Virus record (IMG/VR): IMGVR_UViG_3300017963_000029
Coordinates: 18,688-82,687 of that record
DNA from: a virus
Length of the DNA stretch: 64,000 nt
Direction: 5' to 3' (one strand)
Made by a program: the position numbers and the translations under genes. The notes under the pieces are model-generated. The model worked only from the letters and a program-made list of their open reading frames with translations, searched no databases and was not told the DNA's origin. How positions within the stretch are numbered: position 1 is the stretch's first letter; each line of letters opens with the position of its first letter. Positions 9,259 through 18,744 of the stretch are shown here, one piece after another.

Positions 9259-9809
9259 TGCGACCATATCCTCAACAACGTGAGCAGATCTACCTGGGAG
9301 GCCTCGAGGCCGTGCGCCGGCGGCGCCGGAAGGTCTGCACGTCGCGCCGGTACAAGTATGCCTGGATGCGGATCGAACCCTGCGTCGAGATGCCCGAGAG
9401 CGACGAAGAGGTCCCGAAGATCGTCTCGTCGAAAGCCGCCAACGAGTTTATCCACGAGGCGGTGCCTTTCGCCGGCAGACCTGGTGAACACTTCATGGTG
9501 GTGTGCCTGAACAACAAGAACGTGCCCATCGCGGTGGCGGTGCCCTTCATCGGCGGGCGCAACTCCTCCGTGGTCGACAAGTCCATCGTCTTCCAGGCAG
9601 TGCTGCTCGCCGGGTCGGTGGCATTCTTCGTTGCGCACAACCACCCGAGCAACGAGACCACCCCAAGCCCGGAAGACGTTGCGCTGTCGCGGAGCCTGAA
9701 AAGGGCCTCCGAGCTTCTGGGTCTTACCTTCCTCGACTCGCTGGTCGTCACCGACGACCCCGGCGAGTACGCGAGCCTGCTCGACATGGGGTTGCTGAGC
9801 GGCGAATAA
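9258..9809 (+). CDS. RadC-like JAB/MPN domain protein
   Basis: EHFMVVCLN, AHNHPSNETTPSPED, FLDSLVV. Confidence 0.85.
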   Translation: MRPYPQQREQIYLGGLEAVRRRRRKVCTSRRYKYAWMRIEPCVEMPESDEEVPKIVSSKAANEFIHEAVPFAGRPGEHFMVVCLNNKNVPIAVAVPFIGGRNSSVVDKSIVFQAVLLAGSVAFFVAHNHPSNETTPSPEDVALSRSLKRASELLGLTFLDSLVVTDDPGEYASLLDMGLLSGE

Positions 9810-9835
9810 TAACCCTCACAGGTCAGGAGAAAGAG

Positions 9836-10138
9836 ATGCCACCTTCAAAGAGAATACCCACCAGAGCGACCCGGGAGTTCGTCGCGGCCCTGCAGGAGTT
9901 CACCGCTGCCACCCTGAAGCTCGACGAAGCCTGGCAGAAAGCATGGGAGGATCTAGCTCCGGATTACGGTGCAGAAGGATACCCCGAGAGCTTCAAGGGC
10001 AGCTTCGAGGACATCTCGCTTGAGGTCATCTGGTGGAAAGAAGCCCAGGAGTTGGTCAACAACATCCCGCACAAGTACCCCCGGCCCAACCCGCGCATCG
10101 GGATGCAGACGTTGAAGATGAGAGGACGACAGCGTTAA
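9836..10138 (+). CDS. hypothetical protein
   Basis: RBS CAGGAGAAAGAG-ATG. Confidence 0.6.
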   Translation: MPPSKRIPTRATREFVAALQEFTAATLKLDEAWQKAWEDLAPDYGAEGYPESFKGSFEDISLEVIWWKEAQELVNNIPHKYPRPNPRIGMQTLKMRGRQR

Positions 10139-10229
10139 CCCCACCCTGTGCCGACCGTATCAGTGTTCCGGGATTGGGGATGTACCCGACCACCACGGCC
10201 GGCACGGGTCACCTCCTCCATAGCAAAAA

Positions 10230-10382
10230 CGGCTCCCCCGCACCATACGGAGGAGCCGCTGCGACAATCACAAAACCGTAGAGCCTGCAGCCTACCACAA
10301 AAGCGAAGGCCCCGCACACCGCTCGAGTACGGGGCCTTCTGTACCGGAACCCGCGCCCTCTTCTGTCCGGGGGAGGGGGCGG
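10230..10382. terminator. three tandem GC-rich hairpins between convergent units; two followed by T-runs on the minus strand
   Basis: Stems 10230-36/10252-58, 10305-14/10330-39, 10351-60/10373-82. Confidence 0.5.
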
Positions 10383-10421
10383 AAAACCACTGTGACAGGG
10401 CAACTGTAGCGCGAGACGCGC

Positions 10422-11054
10422 TTACAGTCCATGTTCCTGCCGCCACTCCTCGCACGAGCCCCACGGGATGCACTGGTAAGGTGTCGCCGGATGCCCGGGT
10501 AATCTGGGTGTCGTGGTGAGATCGACGTGGCTACATTCCTCTCCTGCCGCCGCTTTCGTCTCCGAACAGTAGTGCAACGACCCCGTGAAAGCGGTCTGGA
10601 AACACCAGTACCCGTCCGGACAATCCCCCTGATCGACGCCGACGCACTCCCGGCACTGGGCCTCTTCTTCCTGCGCGTCCGGTCCCGCATCCGGTCCCGC
10701 ATCCTCGACCGCCGCGTCCCCGGCATCGGTCCCGCCGTCCGAGCCCGCATCCGGTAGATCAGCGTCTCTCCCCCCGTCGAGCTCGTGTTCTCCGCCGGTA
10801 CCACCGGCTCCCCCGGTCCCGCCGGCGGTACCCGCGGTGGAGGAATCGCCGCGCTCGATCGCCGCGTCCTCTCCACCGTTGCCGCCGCCCTCCCCGGCCC
10901 CGCCGGCACCACCGGTGGCACCATCGTCGCGCGCGACCGCCCCATCCTCCATCCCCGCATCGTCGGTGCCGCCATCCGGGTGTGGACCCACGAAGATCGG
11001 CCCGTGCGAGCACGCCGCCAGGGCGACCACCATCACCACCATTTTTACCCTCAT
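10422..11054 (-). CDS. myxobacterial-type lipoprotein with DAG/Gly-rich linker and Cys-rich C-terminus
   Basis: Lipobox LAAC; DAG/DGG repeats; six Cys in terminal domain. Confidence 0.7.
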   Translation of the reverse strand: MRVKMVVMVVALAACSHGPIFVGPHPDGGTDDAGMEDGAVARDDGATGGAGGAGEGGGNGGEDAAIERGDSSTAGTAGGTGGAGGTGGEHELDGGRDADLPDAGSDGGTDAGDAAVEDAGPDAGPDAQEEEAQCRECVGVDQGDCPDGYWCFQTAFTGSLHYCSETKAAAGEECSHVDLTTTPRLPGHPATPYQCIPWGSCEEWRQEHGL

Positions 11055-11140
11055 TTTGACCCTCCGGTTTTCAACATTACTGTAAATTAAGGCTCTACTT
11101 AAGACGGACTCTGGTTTTTGAGCACCTATTCACCATTTAC

Positions 11141-11500
11141 GTGCCGCATGTGCCGCGAAACCCATGTAAGTATTTTCTTACGTGCCGCAAGTGCCACGCC
11201 GCGGCACTTGCGCGGCACTTGCGCGGCACTTGCGCGGCAGGTCTTTATTTTGTAATAACATACGTTTATCTAATTGCGGCACATGCGGCACATCAATTTC
11301 AGCTCTTCACAAAATTTGATCTTCGAAATTCAATTTAAATTACCGTGTATAAGGAACGTGCCGCATGTGTCGCAATTAGATAACCTAGTGAAATTGTTGT
11401 AGAAGTACCTGCCGCGCAAGTGCCGCGCAAGTGCCGCGCAAGTGCCGCGGGCACACAAACGTATTAACGATGTATACATGCCGCAAGTGCCGCGGGCAGC
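11141..11500. repeat. palindromic iteron array, probable replication origin
   Basis: Perfect 44-bp inverted repeat 11199-11242 / 11407-11450 built from 11-bp GCGGCACTTGC units; second inner inverted repeat; AT-rich centre; abuts the primase-helicase stop. Confidence 0.75.
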
Positions 11501-11507
11501 TTTAAAT

Positions 11508-13985
11508 TCAGTTGAGCTTGAAATCTCCGGGGTCATTCGGATCCCCTTGCTGGGCCTTTATGAGACGGGCCTTCGGAGATGATTCGTGCCTCTCCTGCGG
11601 GGTCTTGATCCGGAGTCCGAGAAAGCCTCTGACGCCACTGTGCAGCTTGTGGTCCGGGTATCGCTTGCGCATGGCGACGTAGAACCTCTTGCGCTGATGG
11701 AAGACCTTATTACGGCTGTCCTCCGCGTACTCGAGGTAGGCCGCCCAGGCGATGTCGCGCGGTACGAAAAGCTCCGGACCCTCGATGAACCACTGGTCGA
11801 TGAAGGGCTGCAGAGGGTCCTGCTCGCGGCGGTAGTCTTCGGTCGCCATCTCCACCGCCTCCGGGGTGGGAAGACCTTTCTCGCGCCACAGGACGGCCTC
11901 GCGCGCGATGCGGGTCCAGATGCCCGGGATCTCCTGGCGGAGCTTCTGAGGGAGATCTCGGTCCTCCTTGCCGCGAAACGAGGCGTTCCACGGGATGACC
12001 TTGAGCCGGCGCCAGATGCCCTCGTCGGTACCGCGGACGTGCGGCAGCTGGTTGGCGCTCACCCAGAGTTGATATTCGGGCACGTAGGTCCACTCGTCCT
12101 CGCGCATCTTCCTGCCGGTGATGGGGTCGCTGCCGGTGAGTTCCTTGATCAGCGACTCCGCGAGCGCCTTCCCCTCCTCCACCTCCTGGGCGGTCACGAG
12201 CCTCTTGCCGAAGAACGACATCCGCCACGTCTCGTGCTTCTCGGCACCCTTGTTGGTGAGCAGATTTTTGCTGTTGGCGGCGAAGGCGTAACCGCCGATA
12301 CCAATGCCGAAAGCCTCGATGATAGCGTTCATGAAGGTGGTCTTACCGTTGGCGCCTTCACCGATGTTGAGGACCAGGATCTGCTCCGTGGTCACCCCTA
12401 CGGCGGTGTAGCCGAGCAAGCGCCAGATAAAATCCACCAGACCGCGGTTACCCTGCATGCACTCGGACAGGAATCGGTCGAAGGTCGGGCAGGTGGCATT
12501 CGGGTCGAACTTGTGCGGCGCGAGGCGCGTGATGTAGTCCTTGCGGTTGTGCTCGCGCAGCTGCCCGGTGCGAAGGTCGAGCGTACCATTCAGGAAGTTG
12601 AACACCCACGGATCCCTGTTCAGCTGGGTATATGAAATGAGAATGTCTCGGTCGGTGGCGGCGAGAGCGGCGCCGGCCGAGACCTTGTTGCGCGTCTCGC
12701 TCTGCTTGGCGAACTTCAGGATCTCCTCGATTATTTTGTCGAGCCGTTTGTACTTCTCCTCCGCCAGGTCCATTACTTCCGGACTGACGTTAGGATCTTC
12801 ATTTAATTTTTCAAACTCTTTTTTGGCGATCCACCGGTCGTGTCGAAATGCGTCAGCCTCTTCCGGGATGGAGCGCACGGTTTCTTTCATGTGCTCCTGG
12901 ACCAGCGCGCGGCCGGCCTCGAGGTTCCAGAAGGCCCCCTCCCAAACCAACCACCTCTGCCACGTCTCCTCCCATGCCAGATCTTTCTTGTGCCGATCGA
13001 GCAGCCGCTCTCCGAGCCCCATTTCGGTCAGGGGTCGGCTCTTTATCTCGTCGATCTTCGGCGGGTACCAGGGGCGCCCCTTGCCGTCCTCGATGGCACC
13101 CTCCACCTCCTCGATGGCTTTTTCGCGGTACGCCGGCACCGCCGGGTCGTGGGTGTTGCGGTTGTAGCGGTAGTCGAGCGCCGCGATGACCATCTCCCGC
13201 ACCCGTTTCTCTTCGATGAGGTGGGGGATGCCGCGAGCGATACCAAAAACGCCATGGCTCTTCAGGTCGTAGAGCTCGCCGGGGAAGGGTCGGTCGCGTA
13301 TCTCGTCGCAGAGATTATGTAATTTGGCGTCCCAGTAGTCTCGCAGGCCCTCTGTTATCTCGCCGCGGTCTTCCTCCGACAGGCTTTCCTCGTAGTTGTC
13401 GAGCGGTTTTTCTTTCATCCCTTCCGGGAGGGGCAGGCCGAGGACCATGTCCACGCCCAGCCCGGGGCCATCTTCACCGGAAACGCTGTATCGCGCCGGG
13501 TCACCACCGGGCTGGTAGAACATGTGGCAGGGGTCGGCGCACTTCTCGTCCGCGATGCCGTTCAGGCCGAAGTAGTACAGCGCCCGCACAAAGAACGCCG
13601 GCCACTCGGTGATGTCGACGGACCGGGATAACTTCACGATAATGCGGACTTTCAGCTGTCCCTGCGGCTCGTGGCTGAAGCTCGTATAGAGGATGTAGCC
13701 GTACTGTGCCACCTGCTTGAGCGTGGGCTCCAGATCTTTCCAGGTACCCTTGTCGACGTCGAACACCAGAAAGTGGTTGCGCAGGACGTTTACCGCGCAA
13801 CGCCGGACGCCGGCTTCGGCGTACTCCGCCGACATGAAAAGTGGAAGTTGTTCCTTATATTCCGCCGGTATGAATGTGTCTTTCTTGAGGAATTTCTCTA
13901 CCAGCGCGCCGAAGTCAGGCAGCGTTACCTGGTAGTTGACGAATCTGGAGTTGGAGACACAGGCACAACCGGAGAAAATTATCAC
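11508..13985 (-). CDS. primase-helicase (primase-like N-terminus, D5_N, SF3 helicase; P4/D5 family)
   Basis: FDVD, YTSFSH, NFLNGTLDL, Walker A GEGANGKTT, IKELTGSD, DEGIWRR. Confidence 0.9.
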   Translation of the reverse strand: MIIFSGCACVSNSRFVNYQVTLPDFGALVEKFLKKDTFIPAEYKEQLPLFMSAEYAEAGVRRCAVNVLRNHFLVFDVDKGTWKDLEPTLKQVAQYGYILYTSFSHEPQGQLKVRIIVKLSRSVDITEWPAFFVRALYYFGLNGIADEKCADPCHMFYQPGGDPARYSVSGEDGPGLGVDMVLGLPLPEGMKEKPLDNYEESLSEEDRGEITEGLRDYWDAKLHNLCDEIRDRPFPGELYDLKSHGVFGIARGIPHLIEEKRVREMVIAALDYRYNRNTHDPAVPAYREKAIEEVEGAIEDGKGRPWYPPKIDEIKSRPLTEMGLGERLLDRHKKDLAWEETWQRWLVWEGAFWNLEAGRALVQEHMKETVRSIPEEADAFRHDRWIAKKEFEKLNEDPNVSPEVMDLAEEKYKRLDKIIEEILKFAKQSETRNKVSAGAALAATDRDILISYTQLNRDPWVFNFLNGTLDLRTGQLREHNRKDYITRLAPHKFDPNATCPTFDRFLSECMQGNRGLVDFIWRLLGYTAVGVTTEQILVLNIGEGANGKTTFMNAIIEAFGIGIGGYAFAANSKNLLTNKGAEKHETWRMSFFGKRLVTAQEVEEGKALAESLIKELTGSDPITGRKMREDEWTYVPEYQLWVSANQLPHVRGTDEGIWRRLKVIPWNASFRGKEDRDLPQKLRQEIPGIWTRIAREAVLWREKGLPTPEAVEMATEDYRREQDPLQPFIDQWFIEGPELFVPRDIAWAAYLEYAEDSRNKVFHQRKRFYVAMRKRYPDHKLHSGVRGFLGLRIKTPQERHESSPKARLIKAQQGDPNDPGDFKLN

Positions 13986-14014
13986 AGGGCTCCCCTACGC
14001 GGCGGTACCAACCA

Positions 14015-14043
14015 GGATTACGCGTATAGAAAACTCTCGTCAA
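14015..14043 (-). promoter_or_regulatory. sigma70-like promoter for primase-helicase
   Basis: TTGACG-N17-TAATCC on minus strand. Confidence 0.55.
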
Positions 14044-14266
14044 GATTTTTCGCTAACGAAAATTAAAAACACCACCCCTTGTGGCGTGTTACCGGGCGTA
14101 ACACAAAAAAGAGCCCATCGAGATGACCGGGGTTGCGCTAGTAGGAATCGATCACACAAGATGGGCTGGGGATGTCTTTTGCTTGTTATCGTTGTTTTTT
14201 GTAGTGCCTCGTTAGCGTGTGCGGCTACGTATACGATGGCAGATGACGTTTTTTCGCGCAAGTGTC

Positions 14267-14295
14267 TTGACAGGCTATTTACGTAAGCGCAAATT
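14267..14295 (+). promoter_or_regulatory. sigma70-like promoter with overlapping palindromic operator
   Basis: TTGACA-N17-CAAATT; TTTACGTAAGCGCAAA at 14278-14293. Confidence 0.5.
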
Positions 14296-14318
14296 CACCG
14301 GTGCTAGTAGGAGACCAG

Positions 14319-15653
14319 ATGCCGCTCGATGCTACCGCGCAAAAGCACTGGCTGAGCGCGACACAACACGATACCTATCAGCTTTGCCCTAGAAAATGGG
14401 GGTGGGAGAAGCTCGACGGCATCAAAAAGCCTCGTAATAAGTATGCAGATAGGGGAGATGCCATCCACGGGTTGCTGGAGAACTGGCTCGAGCGCGGGAC
14501 ACCCATCGATACCTCCACCGACTACGGGAAGATGGTGGTGCCGGGGTTGAAGTACCTTCCACCACCGGGGGCGGGGCTCGTGGAGAAGCGGTTCAAGTTT
14601 CAGACCGAGACAGCCATTTACGTGGGGAAGTGGGATCTTCTGCAACAGTTTCAGCGGGAGCTTCATCTCACCAGGATAATAGATCACAAGACCACCGGTA
14701 ACTTCAAATGGGTCAAGCCCGCTCACATATTGAAGAGCAACGTGCAGGCGATTTTGTATGCTGTAGCCGGTATTGTCTGCGAGCCTGTCCCCGAGGACCG
14801 CGACAAGCTGTTTCTGGAGTTGAGTTGGATATACTACCTGACCAGCGCCACCAATCCGGGAGCTCGTAAGGTAACCGTTTACGTGGTACCCGATGGAAAA
14901 TCGTTGCGAGAGATGGATGGGTATTTGCCGGGGTCGTTCAATCCGTCGAGCGGTCTGATGGATTTGACGTTTCATTCAGACGTGATGGAGGAGTTTGCCC
15001 GGATAGAAACGGTTTCCCGGGAGATGCTCGATCATCATCGTATGGGGAGGAAGGCTATTGACCTGGAGTATCGGGTCGCGGGTTGTGAAGCATTCGGGGG
15101 GTGTCCTTACCTGGATACCCACTGCAAACTGACACCACAAGAAAAAATAAGAGGATACATGGAACAGCAAAGTGCAGCAGACAAGATGAGAGCAGCCAGG
15201 CAACAACAGGAAGAGCGCGCCGCAGCAGAAACGCCCTCCGCGACACCTTCGCCAGCTACGGGTGGAGGAGAAGAGGTTACGATGGCGGCCAAGATGCGCG
15301 CGGCCAAGTCTGCCACCACCGAGGCCAGCCCCGACGTGGTGGAGGGGGCGGCAGCGGCCACCGCCGAGACCGCCGCAGAGGTGCAGAGCAAGCCGCCGGC
15401 CGTCAATCCTCCCGGCGAGGCTGACGCCAAGCCGTCCGAGAAGCCGATGGACCCGGCGATGGCAGCGGAAGCACGAAAAGTCATCGATGGTGCCGGTACC
15501 AAGGTATCGGGTCGCCTGCGTATGGCCGGGAACATCGCCAGCGGCATCATCGGAGCGAGGCTTTTCGTTCACAGCGCCCCCGATTACGCAAAAAGTGTAG
15601 GGGATCTCGCGCTCAAGATCACGGACGCCATCATCGCCGCCGCGAAGAAGTAG
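14319..15653 (+). CDS. PD-(D/E)XK exonuclease (RecB/Cas4-like) with Ala/Pro-rich tail
   Basis: LSAT...CPRKW, G..IH, VEKRF, WDLL, IIDHKT, Q..LYA, C..FGGCPY..C. Confidence 0.85.
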   Translation: MPLDATAQKHWLSATQHDTYQLCPRKWGWEKLDGIKKPRNKYADRGDAIHGLLENWLERGTPIDTSTDYGKMVVPGLKYLPPPGAGLVEKRFKFQTETAIYVGKWDLLQQFQRELHLTRIIDHKTTGNFKWVKPAHILKSNVQAILYAVAGIVCEPVPEDRDKLFLELSWIYYLTSATNPGARKVTVYVVPDGKSLREMDGYLPGSFNPSSGLMDLTFHSDVMEEFARIETVSREMLDHHRMGRKAIDLEYRVAGCEAFGGCPYLDTHCKLTPQEKIRGYMEQQSAADKMRAARQQQEERAAAETPSATPSPATGGGEEVTMAAKMRAAKSATTEASPDVVEGAAAATAETAAEVQSKPPAVNPPGEADAKPSEKPMDPAMAAEARKVIDGAGTKVSGRLRMAGNIASGIIGARLFVHSAPDYAKSVGDLALKITDAIIAAAKK

Positions 15654-17470
15654 TGAACGCTTTGACCGACATCTCCCCGGACAAGCTCCTGAAGCTGCGG
15701 CGCCGCCTGGGCCGCAGCTTCAAGGAGGAGATCTCCGACACTCCGGAGTTGAAGCGGATAATCGAGCTTCCGCGACGGATCTGGCAGGAGGAGATCTACG
15801 AGGGGATGGACGTCGAGCAGCTGGTGGTCGCGCTCACCGACTACCTGAAAATACAAGAAGGAGAGCAGGTGCTGCGCCCCGTGCAGGCCAAGGCGTTGCA
15901 GGAAGCCCACGATATCGGGGGGCTCTTCGGGCCCATCCCGGTCGGGGACGGGAAGACGTTGATCTCGTTTCTCGTGCCGGTGGCGATGGAGGCCGAGAGG
16001 CCTCTGTTGGTGGTGCCGGCCAAGCTCAGAGAGAAAACGCGTCGGGACTTCCTGGGGCTCGCGGAGCACTGGAAGCGGCATCCACACATCCCGGTGGTGA
16101 GTTACGAGAAGATCTCCCGGGAGAACGGCACCAGATACCTCGAGGACCTCAATCCGGACCTCATCATCTGCGACGAGGCGCACCGGCTCAGAAACAAGAC
16201 GGCGGCGGTGACGAGGCGCTTCAGTCAGTGGATGGAGAAGCATCCCGAGACCCGCATGGTGGCGATGTCGGGCACCATCACCAACCGATCGCTGCTCGAC
16301 TTCGACCACATTCTCCGGTGGTGCCTCCCGGCGGAGCTTCAACCGCTACCGCCGCCGTCGATGGAGTTGAACGCCTGGGCCGCCGCAGTGGACGTCATCA
16401 AGCCGCGCGAGAACCGGATGGCGGCGAATCCGGGGGCCCTGCGCAAGCTCTGTAACGCCGAGGAGCTTCAGCAGGGCCGGGAGGGGGTCCGGAGCGCCGT
16501 TCGCCGGCGGTACCAGGAGACGCCGGGGGTGGTGGCCTCTCCGGGCCAGGAGGTCGACGCCTCGCTCAACATCGTGCTTTCGCTGGTCGACGGCTACAAC
16601 GACCGCATCTTGCAGCTTGCCCATGACCTGAACGGCGACCCTCCTGAAAAACGTGGCAAGAAGCCCAACGGCGAGGTGGTCACCGACCGGGATCTGGCTG
16701 TCCGGTGGCAGATCTTCCGGTGCCTGACCAGCGGGTTCTGGTACGAGTGGGTGCCGCCTCCGCCGAAGCCCTGGCGGAAGGCGCGCGGAGCCTGGAAAAA
16801 GAACGTCCACGACATCCTCGCCCAGGACATCGTGGGGCTCGAGTCGGAGATGCTGGTTGCTCGCGCGGTGGCCGGCGGCGACGAGCGGTGGAACTTCGAG
16901 AACGATGTCTACAAGACTTACGCGGCGTGGAAAGCCGTTCGTGACACTTATGAACCTGATGTGCAGCCGGTCTGGGAGGACGTCCGGATGCTCCACGCCA
17001 TCCACGAGTGGACCCGGACTCACCGGGGCATCATCTGGGTGAGCGAGGTCGCGCTTGGGGAGTGCATCGAGGAGACGATGGGCCTCCCTTACTTTCGCAA
17101 CCTGGGGCTTAACAAGGACAAGCGACCGATAGAAGACGTGGATCCTTCCGAGGGCTGCGTGGTGGCCAGCGTCAGCGCCAACAGTGAGGGGAGGAACTTG
17201 CAGGCCTGGGCCGAGAACCTCGTCATCAGCCCGCCGCCGGACGGCAAGACCTGGCAGCAGCTGCTTGGTCGCACTCACCGCCCGGGACAGGAAGCCGACG
17301 AGGTCTGGGTCGACGTGTTCATCGGGTGCAAGGTTGAGTGGCAGTGCTTTCAGCAGGCGCTGAGAGACGCGCACTACGCCTCGAAGATGGAGGCATCCAA
17401 GAAGCTCACATACGCGACGATCGATAGGTTCGAGCCGCCGTGGGGAGAGAACTCGTTGTGGCCGATTTAA
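15653..17470 (+). CDS. SF2 DEAH helicase
   Basis: PVGDGKT, CDEAH, MSGT, SEGRNLQ, QLLGRTHR. Confidence 0.88.
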   Translation: MNALTDISPDKLLKLRRRLGRSFKEEISDTPELKRIIELPRRIWQEEIYEGMDVEQLVVALTDYLKIQEGEQVLRPVQAKALQEAHDIGGLFGPIPVGDGKTLISFLVPVAMEAERPLLVVPAKLREKTRRDFLGLAEHWKRHPHIPVVSYEKISRENGTRYLEDLNPDLIICDEAHRLRNKTAAVTRRFSQWMEKHPETRMVAMSGTITNRSLLDFDHILRWCLPAELQPLPPPSMELNAWAAAVDVIKPRENRMAANPGALRKLCNAEELQQGREGVRSAVRRRYQETPGVVASPGQEVDASLNIVLSLVDGYNDRILQLAHDLNGDPPEKRGKKPNGEVVTDRDLAVRWQIFRCLTSGFWYEWVPPPPKPWRKARGAWKKNVHDILAQDIVGLESEMLVARAVAGGDERWNFENDVYKTYAAWKAVRDTYEPDVQPVWEDVRMLHAIHEWTRTHRGIIWVSEVALGECIEETMGLPYFRNLGLNKDKRPIEDVDPSEGCVVASVSANSEGRNLQAWAENLVISPPPDGKTWQQLLGRTHRPGQEADEVWVDVFIGCKVEWQCFQQALRDAHYASKMEASKKLTYATIDRFEPPWGENSLWPI

Positions 17471-17889
17471 CTAAAGAGGATATTCCTAACAAAGTAATTT
17501 TATTTGGTCGTGAATTGGAATTAGAAATTTTTGATCACGAAAGAGAATGGGAGAGGTATTCTTTTTGGTCTAAATGGGCGGTAGTCAGTACAGATATGAC
17601 CAGAAAAGTGGACGAAGAAGAATACACACAGGAAGAGGATATTTTTAAGTTCAGGTTGGTAGGAAAAACATCAGATTGGGACACTCCTAACGAGGATTTT
17701 GATATCGAAATTTATGTTGTTTTGTACATATGGGATTGCGCGACTAACCAAGAAATAGAGATCAAATTCATAGGGGATGCGTTTGCTGACACAGTAGATG
17801 AAGGAATCGAAAGAGCAAAAGAACGCATAGAAGAGATACTGAAAGACATCGAAAGTAAAGTAGGGATGTTCAGAGAGGTAATGAAATGA
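17440..17889 (+). CDS. acidic hypothetical protein, AT-rich insertion
   Basis: Clearly lower GC than flanks; start uncertain. Confidence 0.55.
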   Translation: MGRELVVADLTKEDIPNKVILFGRELELEIFDHEREWERYSFWSKWAVVSTDMTRKVDEEEYTQEEDIFKFRLVGKTSDWDTPNEDFDIEIYVVLYIWDCATNQEIEIKFIGDAFADTVDEGIERAKERIEEILKDIESKVGMFREVMK

Positions 17890-17953
17890 AAATCATCAAA
17901 CCCAGCTACACCATCGAGAAGCTCGACGACATCAAGTCATTCGAGGGATAACC

Positions 17954-18151
17954 ATGGAGGACAAGAAGATAAAAGTTGTACCGAGAACAAAGTGCTGGGA
18001 CTGTGACGGCACAGGAGCGAAGCCCTCGCGGACGTGCGCGTTCAGGAGCATGACGTGCTCGACGTGTGGCGGTTCCGGCTATCTCGAAGAGGAAGTAGAA
18101 GGGTCTCGTCACCAGGCGAAACCCATCAATTTCGGAGATCGAGGAAGATAA
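17954..18151 (+). CDS. small CxxCxGxG zinc-finger protein
   Basis: CWDCDGTG ... CSTCGGSG. Confidence 0.55.
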   Translation: MEDKKIKVVPRTKCWDCDGTGAKPSRTCAFRSMTCSTCGGSGYLEEEVEGSRHQAKPINFGDRGR

Positions 18152-18202
18152 AAACAAGAACAACAAATAACAACGAGAACGATAACAACAGGAGACAACG
18201 AG

Positions 18203-18685
18203 ATGTCATTATTCGATGGAATTGAAGATGCACAGGTAAGTAAGACCGGGCAGTGGTTCGAGGAGGGGGTCTACAAGGTCAAGGTCAAGCAGGTGAAGCT
18301 GCAGGCCTCACAGGTGGGAGCCGCCAAGCAGTGGTTCATCGTCGAGACCGAGGTCCTCGAGAGCAGCTGTCCCACGATCACGCCGGGGATGGAGAGGTCC
18401 CAGCTGATCGACATGGGGGGCCCGATGGCGCTGCCCAACATCAAGGCGTTCGTCGCCGCCGCCTCCGGGGTCGACCCCAACTCCGCCACCGTCACTGAGG
18501 AGGTGGAGGCCTACTGGCAGAAGGTCATAGGGGAGTACACGCCGCTGAAGCTGTTGGTGGAGCAGATCGTCTCCGACGCCAACCCGTTCGAGGGTTTCGT
18601 GATGGATCTGGAGTGCAAGATCATCACCACCAAGACCGAGAAGAAGCCCTTCACCAAGCATTTCTGGCAGCCGCGCAAGGTCTAG
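18203..18685 (+). CDS. putative single-stranded DNA-binding protein
   Basis: GVYKVKV...FIVETEVLES OB-fold-like pattern; between helicase and polymerase; RBS CAGGAG. Confidence 0.6.
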   Translation: MSLFDGIEDAQVSKTGQWFEEGVYKVKVKQVKLQASQVGAAKQWFIVETEVLESSCPTITPGMERSQLIDMGGPMALPNIKAFVAAASGVDPNSATVTEEVEAYWQKVIGEYTPLKLLVEQIVSDANPFEGFVMDLECKIITTKTEKKPFTKHFWQPRKV

Positions 18686-18696
18686 ACGGCGAGGGA

Positions 18697-18734
18697 CGGA
18701 GGACCGCCGGCCTGGCGGTTTCGGCGGTCCTCCG
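18697..18734 (+). other. 13-bp perfect hairpin after SSB (no U-tract)
   Basis: CGGAGGACCGCCG / CGGCGGTCCTCCG. Confidence 0.5.
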
Positions 18735-18744
18735 AGGCTCCCCG

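Noticed and set aside
11141-11500. CRISPR array
   Set aside because: Units are 7-11 bp, contiguous and inverted, with no unique spacers
11586-12635. Long antisense ORFs (also 16346-17374, 19844-20674, 30888-31985, 44293-45246, 45259-46347)
   Set aside because: Shadows of GC3-rich genes on the opposite strand; no motifs or RBS
14319-15653. Cas4 of a CRISPR-Cas system
   Set aside because: No other cas genes or array; lies in a nuclease-helicase-SSB-PolA replication module
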